Assembly (NCBI GenBank): GCA_963773065.1
Contig: CAVYZN010000006.1
Coordinates: 96,001-160,000 of the forward strand
Origin: an uncultured Gammaproteobacteria bacterium
GTDB lineage: Bacteria; Pseudomonadota; Gammaproteobacteria; UBA9214
Direction: 5' to 3'
DNA length: 64,000 bases
In this document: piece by piece, positions 24,123-33,483 of the stretch
Position numbering within the stretch: position 1 is the first letter of the stretch
How the letters are laid out: every line of letters starts with the position of its first letter
Made by a program: the position numbers and the translations under genes
The notes under the pieces: model-generated
Databases searched by the model: none
The model's input: the letters and a program-made list of their open reading frames with translations, nothing else
Told to the model about the DNA's origin: nothing

Positions 24123-24572
24123 CTACTCTGACTGTTTTTTAAGTTCCAGCAAATCAATAACAAAGATAAGCCCGGCATTGGGTGGGACAACATCCTGTAC
24201 CCCCTTGGCCCCGTATCCAAGTTCGGCAGGAACTTTTACCAGACGCTTGCCGCCCGGCCTCATCCCGATGACACCCTCGTTCCAGCCCTGCATGACCCTA
24301 TCGGTACCGATGACAAATGAAACCGGGTCACCGCGGCCACGCGTATTGTAGAGTTCCCTACCTTTGCCACCGTTGTCATCCAGCCAGCCGACGAAATGCA
24401 TGGTCGCCACGTCCCCGACTTCCGCACGCTCACCCGCACCCGGGCTCAGGTCCTGGTACTGGACACCCTTACCGGTCGTGGTGAAGGTGCCTGCGGCGAA
24501 CAAGCCACCTGCCATCGAGCAGGCCAGCAGGAGCAATGTCGTTGTACGAATCAGTATATTCATCGCATCCAA
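24123..24572 (-). CDS. FKBP-type peptidyl-prolyl isomerase with signal peptide
   Basis: VMQGWNEGVIGMRPGGKR, PAELGYG, VPPNAGL. Confidence 0.9.
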   Translation of the reverse strand: MDAMNILIRTTTLLLLACSMAGGLFAAGTFTTTGKGVQYQDLSPGAGERAEVGDVATMHFVGWLDDNGGKGRELYNTRGRGDPVSFVIGTDRVMQGWNEGVIGMRPGGKRLVKVPAELGYGAKGVQDVVPPNAGLIFVIDLLELKKQSE

Positions 24573-24608
24573 ACCCCTTAAATCACGACCCGGTTGACTC
24601 GATCACAG

Positions 24609-25786
24609 TCAGTTCGCGCATTGCGGGTCACTGCCGCCCAGCGCGGTCCTGCACCACTCGGTATCGGCCAGCAAGGCATGGCCCGCCTTGCTGGGGTGAA
24701 AGCAGTCACCATTATTGACGTGTTCCGAACCGAACTTGACGTCATAGATATCGACATAGCGGGCGTTCGGCAGCGCGCCGGACTGCCGGTATTCCTCCAG
24801 CACATCACGCAGTATCGGGTTATAGGTGTCCCGGATGATCCGGTGAAACTGTTTCCGCCGCCGGCAGTCGGACCGTCTCCCGGATAATCATTGTCCGGGT
24901 CGTTGCGGGAGGCGCTGCTGGCGCAGTCGTCATTGGGGTTGTCCAGCAGGTTCTGGCACGGCACAAAGGGCCATTTAAATACCCTGCACACGAAATCACC
25001 GCGCTTGGCATTCCAGAGCCAGTAAATCGCCGGAATGCCGGACACGTGGATTTGCGCCAGTCGGGTCGCCTCGCTGGAGGCGAGCACATCAAGGCCGGCC
25101 CGATACTGTGTTTCGAACAAGCCCGGGTCGGTCATGGCTGAAAGGCTGTCCGCGCAGACGTCATTATTCCCCAGCAACATCGTGACCATCCCGGCAGCAC
25201 CCGATGGCGTCTGCGACACGGCCGAGACGACGTCCTGCGCCTGCGAGGAAAAGTCGGCCATGACGGCGCCGCTGACCGCCTGGTTGAACGTCGGGTCACG
25301 GCCGGCATTGTTCTCGTAGTAGCCATCCGGGGCGATGACTTCATAGCGCTCGTTAAACGCATTCACGACGTCGCCGCCGTCATAACCGGTCGACCAGACC
25401 GTCTCGTGATGCGCCTGACCGATCGTTCCATTCGCGGCCTCGCCCTCGCCGATGGAGTCCCCGATGTTGAACTGGTTGGCCGGGGGCGCTGGAACGGAAA
25501 ACACGAGGCCGCCCAGGACGAGACGGGTAATGACCACCACATCGCCCAGATCGAAAACGCCGTTGGGCTGCGGGGTCCCATCCACCAACGGCGCCACGTC
25601 ACCGTGCTGTTGCTGCTCGGTCGTCAGCGTGCGGCTGCCGAGCGCCGCCTGGATGGCCCAGAGCACATCAGCCGCGTTGACTTCGCCATCGATATTGATA
25701 TCGCCGTCGTTGGAAACCGCGACCCCGGGAACCGGCGTCAGACCGAGAGTACACAGCAAAAGCAAAAGACTCGTTACCTTTCTCAT
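24609..25786 (-). CDS. Secreted SGNH/GDSL hydrolase with N-terminal dockerin-like module (3' frameshift)
   Basis: Signal peptide; GDINIDGEVNAADV; IGDSI, LGNNDVC, DCFHPS. Confidence 0.75.
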
Positions 25787-26034
25787 TATTGATGCCCGGT
25801 TGCAAGCCCGATTAATGGATGTGAAGACCTGCACCCTTTATTTGCCTCGCAGCGTGATGCCTCTTTTCATCATTATCTGCAACAAGCACGGAGATGTGAA
25901 GCAGGAAATGCGCCGGCCGGCATAAACGTCCAGCATTCATGCATATTGACCGCCAGGCCGCCACCGCGCGGTTTCTTTGTATTTGATATTCAAATCAACG
26001 CCGATTTATTGCACGCACAAGACCGGGTTCATAA

Positions 26035-26097
26035 ATTAGATTATTTCCGTCCCCATTTTTCCGTTCCGAAAAACGTGGTCTGTCCCTGAGGTTTTCT
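26035..26097. repeat. Two half-sites with (T/C)GTCCC(C) core
   Basis: ATTTCCGTCCCCATTTTT and AAAAACGTGGTCTGTCCC. Confidence 0.55.
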
Positions 26098-26099
26098 GA

Positions 26100-27050
26100 T
26101 TACTCGAGCGGGATGCGTTCCTTGTTTCGGGCAAGCCACTCCGCGAAGGTCTGAAGCGACGGGTTCAGCGCACGGGCGATGTCAACGTTGCGGGCGCCGC
26201 AGAAGATGTCATTGAAGTCGCGCTTGAACTGAAACATGTTGCCCAGGTCCTCGGCGCCGGGAAAACCGAAACCGCGATAGACCTCGGGAGACACGGCGTT
26301 GTAGCGCACCGCTTGACCAAGCGCCTCGCCGAGTACGGCGGCCATCTCCTCGCCGGTCAAGTGTTCACCGGCGATACCCACGGTCTTGCCGAGGTACTCG
26401 CGGCCTTTCTTGAAAATTCCGTAGGCACACCGGCCGATGTCCTCGGCGGCGATGCCCGGGAGCTTCTTGCCGTCCATGGGCAGGGTGATGGCGAGCTTGC
26501 CGTCCGCGCCTCTCTTGGGACCCATGCCGAAGTGGATGAAGTTGTCCCAGTAGAACGAGGTCAGCAGGAACGTCGTCGGCACGCCACGGTCGGTGAATAG
26601 CCGGTTGGCCTCCCCCTTGGCGTCGAAGTGCGGCACCTTGTACTTGCCCATCAGCGTGGGCATGCGCTCGTCGCCGAGGGGCACCCAGTCGCGCGTGTCT
26701 TCGAGGGTGGACCAGATGACGTGCTCCAGGCCTGACTCCTTCGCCGCCTCGGCCATGTTGGCCGCCTGGGCCAGTTCCCTCTCCGGCGAGAAGTGTTCCC
26801 AGAAGTTCGTGACGCAGTAGGCCCCGTAGGTGCCGCGGAACGCGCGCTTCAGGCTCTCGAGGTCGTCAAGGTCCGCCTCGACGACCTCCGCCCCGAGACG
26901 GGCGAGTGCGGCGGCCTTTTCCGAACGGGCATCCCGCGTCAGGGCGCGGACCCGGAACGGGCCGTCCGGGTCATTCAGGATGGCGCGGGCCAATCCGCCG
27001 CCCTGGGCGCCGGTGGCGCCCACGACAGCGATCGTCTTTTTCGTAGCCAT
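26100..27050 (-). CDS. NmrA/HSCARG-family NAD(P)-binding protein
   Basis: VVGATGAQGG, VRALTR, VTNFWEH, VPHFDAK. Confidence 0.9.
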   Translation of the reverse strand: MATKKTIAVVGATGAQGGGLARAILNDPDGPFRVRALTRDARSEKAAALARLGAEVVEADLDDLESLKRAFRGTYGAYCVTNFWEHFSPERELAQAANMAEAAKESGLEHVIWSTLEDTRDWVPLGDERMPTLMGKYKVPHFDAKGEANRLFTDRGVPTTFLLTSFYWDNFIHFGMGPKRGADGKLAITLPMDGKKLPGIAAEDIGRCAYGIFKKGREYLGKTVGIAGEHLTGEEMAAVLGEALGQAVRYNAVSPEVYRGFGFPGAEDLGNMFQFKRDFNDIFCGARNVDIARALNPSLQTFAEWLARNKERIPLE

Positions 27051-27217
27051 GAAATCCTCCTCGTTGGACGTGAGTGAACTTGGGGAGCCTGGACAGTATG
27101 ACTTCCGCATGAAGCGGCTAACCCCCGCCTCAATCAATAGCAGGTTAGCATGTAGCGACCAGCGCCACAGCGTACACTGTAAAGGTTTGGGAATCCCTGA
27201 TTACGCCTGTCATTCCC

Positions 27218-27262
27218 GATGGAGTTGACGCGGTTATGGTCGATTATCGCGATTATCACTAG
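27218..27262 (+). pseudogene. higB: Last 14 codons of a HigB-type toxin
   Basis: DGVDAVMVDYRDYH* directly upstream of higA. Confidence 0.7.
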
Positions 27263-27273
27263 GGCAGCAGACC

Positions 27274-27564
27274 ATGGACAAAATGCATAATCCCCCGCAT
27301 CCGGGTGAAGTTCTGAAAGACGGCGTCTTCGTCGACACCGGTGTCACGGTCACGGCAGCGGCCAAGGCGCTGGGAGTGACGCGCGCGGCATTGTCGCGCG
27401 TGCTGAACGGCAAGGCCGCCGTCAGCGCCGATATGGCCTTGCGCCTCTCGCAGTGGTTGAACACCGGCCCGGAAGTCTGGCTCAACATGCAGGCCGCCTA
27501 TGACTTGTGGCAGGCCAGGCAGAAGCCTCGCCCGAAGATCAAACCGTTGCACCGTGCCGCGTAG
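27274..27564 (+). CDS. higA: HigA-family antitoxin (XRE HTH)
   Basis: MHNPPHPGEVL, LGVTRAALSRVLNG, MALRL, WLNMQAAYDL. Confidence 0.92.
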   Translation: MDKMHNPPHPGEVLKDGVFVDTGVTVTAAAKALGVTRAALSRVLNGKAAVSADMALRLSQWLNTGPEVWLNMQAAYDLWQARQKPRPKIKPLHRAA

Positions 27565-27583
27565 TGTCAGAAACGTGGTCTGA

Positions 27584-27748
27584 GGGGAAAAGGGGGAAAA
27601 GGGGACATTCTGGTTTAGGGGAAAAGGGGACATTCTGGTTTACGACCCGTGGCGGAGAAATGGGAGAAATGGGGACATTCTGGTTTACGACCCGTATTGC
27701 TGACAGGCGCGGATCGATATCGAAAAACCAGAATGTCCCCATTATTCC
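27584..27748 (+). repeat. Hairpin repeat A1: full copy 27663-27748 preceded by four truncated left-end copies
   Basis: 18-bp arms ATGGGGACATTCTGGTTT / AAACCAGAATGTCCCCAT. Confidence 0.95.
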
Positions 27749-27813
27749 CTCCGGCAAGCCCGAAAGACCTGCTAAACCAGACAGAAAAAACGTGGTCTGC
27801 CTGATGTCTTGTA

Positions 27814-27895
27814 GGGGAAAAGGGGACATTCTGGTTTACGACCCGTGTTGCTGACAGGCGCGGATCGATATCGAAAAACCAGAATGTCCCCATTA
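27814..27895 (+). repeat. Hairpin repeat A2
   Basis: Near-identical to A1, same orientation. Confidence 0.95.
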
Positions 27896-27992
27896 CCCAC
27901 TCCTGTGCGTGGTAATCATAAACAGATTGAATTAGCTCTGCGATTGTTTTTGCATCTTTGTCGCTGCTCATCTCAGTAGTAGAGCCTCATGA

Positions 27993-29521
27993 GAATGGCA
28001 CTTAATTAAGGATCAGTGAGGGACGTAGCATAGTCTAATGGTTTGAAACGGAAAGAGAAGGTTGGCTGGGACTGGTAAGATGTTTGTTGCGAAACATCGA
28101 CCCCACCAGCCCTGAGGCCAACCTTCATGAGTCACTGTAACCGTCCGTTGCTGTCACAACAACGTCGTCTTGCCAAACAGGTTCAGAAAATCGATGCCGA
28201 TCATTTCTTCAACCTGCTTACCGGCCCGCAGTTACTGGAGGCGGTGGAGGCGCAGCTCCCCGAGCACCGGGAACGGCACTATCCACCGACGCTGACGTTA
28301 TCGATGTTTTTAGGGCAAGTCATGAGTGCCGACGGCTCCTGTCAGAACACGGTGAATGAAGCGCTGGTCAATCGCCTGCTGAGCGGGATGTCTGTGGGCA
28401 GCGCCAACACCGGCGGCTATTGCATCGCGCGCCAGCGCTTGCCGCAGGAGATGGTGAGCACGCTGGCCCGCCAAACCGGGGCGTTGCTTGGCGTGTACAC
28501 GCCCACGGGGTGGTTGTGGGGCGGGCGGCACGTGAAACTGGTGGATGGCACGACGGTATCGATGCCGGACACCGAGGAGAATCAGGCGCGCTTTCCCCAA
28601 CCGGGGGGACAAGCCCCTGGCGTGGGCTTTCCGCTGGCGCGGCTGGTCGGGGTGATTTCCCTGTCCAACGGCGCGGTGCTCGATGCCGCCATGGGGCCGT
28701 ACCAGGGTAAGGGCACGGGTGAACATGGTCTGTTTCGAGGTCTCAAGGGGGCGTTTGTCGAAGGCGATATCATGCTGGCCGACAGCTATTATTGCAGTTA
28801 TTTCCTGATCGCCGACCTGCAGGGGCGCGGGGTGGACGTGCTGTTCGAGCAGCATGGCGCGCGCCATACGGATTTTCGCCGGGGAGAGCAACTTGGCGCA
28901 CGGGATCATTTGGTGCAGTGGTCCCGGCCTGCCCGGCCGGAGTGGATGAGCCGGGAGGAATACCACAGCTATCCGAAGCAGATCACGGTGCGCGAAGCGA
29001 ACATCGGCAAGAAAGTGCTGGTGACCACCCTGCTCTCGCCACGCAAAACCGCCAAGGCCGAGCTGGAAGCGTTGTTCCTGCAGCGCTGGCATGTGGAGCT
29101 GGATCTGCGCAACATCAAGACCACCCTCGGCATGGAAGCGTTAAGTTGCAAGAGCCCAGCGATGTGCGAGAAGGAAATGTGGGTCTACCTCCTGGCGTAC
29201 AACTTGATTCGGCTGCTGATGGCCGAGGCTGCGCTGCAGGCCAAGGTGGCGCCGCGCCAGTTGAGCTTCAAACATACGCTGCAGATTTGGGTGGCCTGGA
29301 GTCAACGGCAGTTTCTCTCAAGCACCAAAGAAGACACGGCGACCTTGTTCCTGCTCATTGCCCAAATACGGGTAGGAGAACGACCCGGCCGGGTTGAACC
29401 GCGGGCGGTCAAGCGCAGGCCCAAGCCTTATCCACACTTGAACAAACCTCGCTGGAAAGCCCGTCAGGACATCAGAAAACATGGGCATGCAAGGAAGCTT
29501 GAGCTTAATTAAGTGCCATTC
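27993..29521 (+). mobile_element. Complete IS4-family insertion sequence, 1529 bp
   Basis: 18-bp perfect TIR GAATGGCACTTAATTAAG; 11-bp target duplication GAGCCTCATGA (27982-27992, 29522-29532). Confidence 0.95.
28127..29512 (+). CDS. IS4-family DDE transposase
   Basis: LVDGTT, LADSYY, RWHVELDLRNIK (YREK-like), AYNLIR, PGRVEPRAVKRRPK. Confidence 0.93.
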   Translation: MSHCNRPLLSQQRRLAKQVQKIDADHFFNLLTGPQLLEAVEAQLPEHRERHYPPTLTLSMFLGQVMSADGSCQNTVNEALVNRLLSGMSVGSANTGGYCIARQRLPQEMVSTLARQTGALLGVYTPTGWLWGGRHVKLVDGTTVSMPDTEENQARFPQPGGQAPGVGFPLARLVGVISLSNGAVLDAAMGPYQGKGTGEHGLFRGLKGAFVEGDIMLADSYYCSYFLIADLQGRGVDVLFEQHGARHTDFRRGEQLGARDHLVQWSRPARPEWMSREEYHSYPKQITVREANIGKKVLVTTLLSPRKTAKAELEALFLQRWHVELDLRNIKTTLGMEALSCKSPAMCEKEMWVYLLAYNLIRLLMAEAALQAKVAPRQLSFKHTLQIWVAWSQRQFLSSTKEDTATLFLLIAQIRVGERPGRVEPRAVKRRPKPYPHLNKPRWKARQDIRKHGHARKLELN

Positions 29522-29844
29522 GAGCCTCATGATAATTCCATTGCGATAAGCATTCCGTCATGCCCAACGACAATTAGAGGGCTTAAAAATCGGGTCTGTC
29601 TTTCGACTTTTCGGTCATGTTTAAACATCGACCTTCTTGAATTCAGTAGGTTGTCTCCGTATAGCATGGCCTAAAAGGAAAAACAAACACAGCTCAAGGC
29701 TGTCGTTGAAGATCGTTTCGGTTTCTACGGTTATCGACTCAATCTTTTCCAGGGCCACTGCCTTTATCCCGGCCGGCACTGGAAATGCCGGGCCTGTTCG
29801 ATGCCGGCCATGTTCGTGAGCACCCGATTAGTCGCCCGGCACAA

Positions 29845-29862
29845 GCAAGCTCGCTCCTACAG
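29845..29862 (-). repeat. GTAG-type REP half copy
   Basis: TGTAGGAGCGAGCTTGC on the minus strand. Confidence 0.5.
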
Positions 29863-29977
29863 GAGGAATCTCGATGATTCGAGGTCAATTTTTAGAGTGG
29901 GGTATTGCGCTGACTTGCATTTTTCGGCATGGCTTCCGACAGCGGGTTCGCGCAGCACGGCCGCTACAACGCCGCTC

Positions 29978-30934
29978 TCATTCCTTGTCCACCGTGACGT
30001 TGAGATCGATCGCCTGCGCCAGTCCGGATTCGCCGGTCAGGCTGAAATAGCGGGAGAGTTCGTAGGTGAACTTCATCTTCCAGGCCTCGTTGAAGAAGCC
30101 GTAGAGGTACTCCACGTGGATCTTCGAGGTGAGTTGCTTGACGACGCTCACCATGCTCTCGCCTTCCGCGGCGCCGGACTCGACGCCGAGGTCCACGCCG
30201 AGCGCCTGGGTGATCTCCTTCGAGAGAGGGTTGCTGACGCCGAGCCCCGCGGCGGCGGCGATTGCCTGCGATTCGGTACTGCTGGTGGACGAGAGCGGCT
30301 TGCCGGTCAGGAGATAGGACATGGCCTCGGCCTCCGACATCACCGGATCGGAGTAGACCTGCGCGAGCGGCGACTTAAGCGTGCCCGTGATCATGATGCC
30401 GGCCACGACATCGCCGGAGGTGCGGGTGGCGCGGATGTCGAGCGCCGGATCATCCAGGGGTCCGGCGAACAGCAGCCGGCCCTTTTCGATGACGAGCTTC
30501 TGGCCATAGCCTTCATAGGTCCCCTTTTTCAGCTTCAGCACGCCATCGCCGACGATATCGCCCGTCGCCAGGCTGCGCAGCCGCAGGCTCCCACCGAGAT
30601 TCGTGGCCAACCCCAGCCCCTGGAAGCGCACGGCATCGCCGAGCTTCACATTGACGTCGATGACGAGCGCCGTCTTGCCCGCGCCGCGCTCCCCCGGCGG
30701 CACCGGGCCGTGGTCGCCGACGATCACCTGATCATCCGACACCCGCACCACGTTCTCGGGCAATTGCTTCACCTCGATCCTCGCCGTGGGGATGCCGACG
30801 TTGCCCTTGAGTTCGACACGGCGGGTGTCGCCGCTCAGCGTGAGCGCCGGGTCGGCCGTCACGTACGCCTCCGGCAGGCGCGCCACGCCGAACTCCCGGC
30901 CCTCGATGTCCAGGCGGAAGGGCCAGTGCGCCTG
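29978..30934 (-). pseudogene. tamB: Diverged second copy of the tamB 3' end (DUF490), 5'-truncated at repeat A3
   Basis: Colinear with 34726-35682; about 23 of 302 aa differ by eye; homology stops 4 bp from A3. Confidence 0.9.
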
Positions 30935-30938
30935 GCTA

Positions 30939-31020
30939 GGGGAAATGGGGACATTCTGGTTTACGACCCGTGTTGCTGACAGGCGCGGATATCGAAAAAC
31001 CAGAATGTCCCCATTATTCC
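30939..31020 (+). repeat. Hairpin repeat A3 (4-bp loop deletion)
   Basis: Same arms and loop as A1/A2. Confidence 0.95.
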
Positions 31021-31149
31021 CAGTGCTTCTATTAGATTGGCTCTTGCCTCTGCAATGGAATCGCCCTGGCTTGCTACGTCAAGCTCCGGGCAAAGTGATA
31101 CATAGCCATCGCCTTCCCTTTCGATGATTGCCGTTAGTTGCTTAACCAT
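31021..31149 (-). pseudogene. hicB: HicB-family antitoxin N-terminus, cut by repeat A3
   Basis: MVKQLTAIIEREGDGYVSLCPELDVASQGDSIAEARANLIEAL then repeat sequence. Confidence 0.85.
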
Positions 31150-31449
31150 AATGATTTCCTCATATTTGATTTGAGTGGCCGAACGCTCGGATGCTGGGAC
31201 AGCGGCGCCTCAGCGACAACGTTGCCTGGAATCCGTTGATACTCTGATTGGTGCTTCCTCCGCGATTTTCGGGCTTCGACAGGCATGCCCTCGTAAGCTT
31301 CCCCGTGTGTCGAAGTACGCGTCATCTCGGCGTCAGTGAACATGGGTACAAATACAGATGAGGGGCAGAGTAAATTTTTCCAGATATAAGCGGGAACGTG
31401 CTGAGACCCGATTTTTTTGGATGGTTCTTTGAAAGACAGATAGGATTTC

Positions 31450-31752
31450 TCACCATTTTTCTGGCTTGATAATTTTACGAAATTCTTCCGCCTTTTTTAG
31501 TGCTCTTTGGATTTCCTCTTGTGACGGTCTATTTTCATTCTCTCCTGCCTCAATTGCTTCACGCAACAACTGTGCAACCCTAAATTTTACGTATGTAGCT
31601 TCTGCCAAAGATTTATCGCCCGATGATTCCGCAAACGCTTTAAGCCAGAGACCCTCTCGAATTTCTCCGACCTTTATTTCATGAGCCACCACTTCATAAA
31701 GGCGTTCTTCAAGAGCCAGCAACTCATTAGAGTGATCTTCTGATCGTGTCAT
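31450..31752 (-). CDS. Hypothetical protein (AT-rich cargo)
   Basis: 100-aa ORF, GLWLKAFAESSGD...YVKFRV. Confidence 0.65.
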   Translation of the reverse strand: MTRSEDHSNELLALEERLYEVVAHEIKVGEIREGLWLKAFAESSGDKSLAEATYVKFRVAQLLREAIEAGENENRPSQEEIQRALKKAEEFRKIIKPEKW

Positions 31753-31876
31753 GGTATTTGTGTAATTCGTGAGCTATTAGCCTAATTTTCTGTCATTCCC
31801 ATAAATTTATCATCGTTCTTGAACTGCTGATCTCATGAGCTAAATGCAGCGAATTTCAATCAGCCAATATCGTTGT

Positions 31877-32443
31877 TCATAATTCGTCATCGCCATCAAA
31901 CCTGTTCTCGTAACCGGGCAGGTTTCTCAACCCAAGTTCGTCTGTGTCAAATTCTTTATCCCTGTTATCGATAATCTTGGTATCTACAACAACACCCTCC
32001 ACAATTTTTAGATGCATTTCTTCTTCGTGAACAGAACCGAACCCCATGTGTACGTAATGCAATAATTTTCCTCTCGGAATCCTTATGACACCGGAAAACC
32101 AATCCGCCAAGATAGGGGTCTCCGTGCGCATCTTGTATATCCCCTTTATTGAAACGAGATAGAACTTTCCGTTTTTAATTTCCCATGTTCCTATATATCG
32201 CCGCCAGCATGCCGTAGAAAATACGCTGAATTCCTCGCGCCTAGCATTCATTGCTTCCCGTGCCTCAGGCGACGACTCTTCCCTTGCCCTGGCTGCCATT
32301 GCACGAAGATCCTCGTATAACGCGTTAAACTCATTATTATCGAGCTTTCTGATCCTTGTATCATTTTCTGGTAATGACGGACAGAACGCCATTCCTGTCC
32401 ATTCGCCATCTAATATCAAGTTTTCATTCAATTGCGCTGTCAT
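31877..32443 (-). CDS. Hypothetical protein (AT-rich cargo)
   Basis: MTAQ start, STACWRRYIGTWEI, ADWFSG, YVHMGF. Confidence 0.75.
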   Translation of the reverse strand: MTAQLNENLILDGEWTGMAFCPSLPENDTRIRKLDNNEFNALYEDLRAMAARAREESSPEAREAMNARREEFSVFSTACWRRYIGTWEIKNGKFYLVSIKGIYKMRTETPILADWFSGVIRIPRGKLLHYVHMGFGSVHEEEMHLKIVEGVVVDTKIIDNRDKEFDTDELGLRNLPGYENRFDGDDEL

Positions 32444-32466
32444 AGATTGGTTCCACAATTATCGTG

Positions 32467-32546
32467 ATTCAGAGGGACAATATATCGCCACCCAGTGAGT
32501 CAAGATAAATACGTATACTGTCCACGGTATTCTATTCGGTATTCGG
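32467..32546. repeat. Degenerate GGACA...TGTCC hairpin with stuttered end (second family)
   Basis: GGGACAATATAT...GTATACTGTCC followed by ACGGTATTC-TATTC-GGTATTC. Confidence 0.6.
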
Positions 32547-32650
32547 ATACGCCGCATGAATAACATCGAGGCTTGCGTTGCGCGATACTTGAAAGTTGTC
32601 GTAATACTTCTTATTTTCTTCATGAAAAGCGTCATTCGGGTCAGGCCCAG

Positions 32651-33412
32651 CTACCCGCCGTCTTGCCAGCGCCTCATATGCGAAAGAATCCGTTGTTCAG
32701 CCTTTATACGTATCCGTTCCTCAATTCGTTCGGAATAGGCATCAAGATTCGCCTGCGCATCCGCATCACCATTATTTGCCGCTAGACTCAACCATACATA
32801 GGCTTCAATGAGATCGTTCTCTCCACCTGGCCCCGTAACATACAGATAGCCCAACATTGTTTGCGCCGGTACAAAATTCTGCTCGGCAGCGCGGTGATAC
32901 CATGTCTTAGCGATGCTTGTATCTCTCGGGACACCATGCCCCTCTTGGTACATTCCGCCGAGATGGTACTGTGCAAGGGGGTCTGATAAGTCTGCTGCCC
33001 TTCGAAAATATATCACGGCTTCCTCGAAATTCTGTGGCTCGCCCAATCCGCGCAACAGGTTCATACCCAGATTAACCGATGCGCTGATGCTTCCCCCTGC
33101 CACTGCCAGGCGAAACCACCTGCATGCCTCGGCATAGTCTTGGGGCACACCCTCACCGCGGTTGTATCGTATGGCAAGACTGTTTTGTGCTTCTACATGA
33201 CCTTGCTCCGCTGCAAGGCGAAGCCATTTGCAGGCTTGTTTGTAATCTGGATCTCCAAGAAGAACGCGAGATGGTGATCCCACTTGACCTTGAACGTACA
33301 TACCACCCAACTCGAACTGTGCTTCGGGATTGCCAGCTTTTGCCTTATGAACAATTAGGTCGAACTGAATCTCTGACTCAGGTGAATCAAATGTTGGTCG
33401 GTTTCTCAACAT
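32651..33412 (-). CDS. SEL1-like repeat protein
   Basis: Repeated AQxxLG.MY..G.GVP.D...A..W...AA.Q; AGGAG RBS before ATG at 33412. Confidence 0.9.
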   Translation of the reverse strand: MLRNRPTFDSPESEIQFDLIVHKAKAGNPEAQFELGGMYVQGQVGSPSRVLLGDPDYKQACKWLRLAAEQGHVEAQNSLAIRYNRGEGVPQDYAEACRWFRLAVAGGSISASVNLGMNLLRGLGEPQNFEEAVIYFRRAADLSDPLAQYHLGGMYQEGHGVPRDTSIAKTWYHRAAEQNFVPAQTMLGYLYVTGPGGENDLIEAYVWLSLAANNGDADAQANLDAYSERIEERIRIKAEQRILSHMRRWQDGG

Positions 33413-33423
33413 GACTCCTATGT

Positions 33424-33483
33424 GGGCTACGCACTCCATAAGCCGCGCGCGGTCAGCGAGTCGGTTGCATGGACATGTTGGGC
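33424..33483 (-). other. Integron attC-like site
   Basis: GCCCAAC (R'') ...TCCATGCAACCG / CGGCTTATGGA... GTAGCC (one T short of GTTRRRY); 60 bp spanning the end of one gene and ending just before the next. Confidence 0.65.

Noticed and set aside
27584-27895. CRISPR array
   Set aside because: Units are ~85 bp or variably truncated, spacing ranges from 0 to several kb, and no cas genes are present
27259-27971. ORFs containing MGTFWF, NQNVPFS or PECPLF peptides
   Set aside because: These are translations of the DNA hairpin repeat, not proteins
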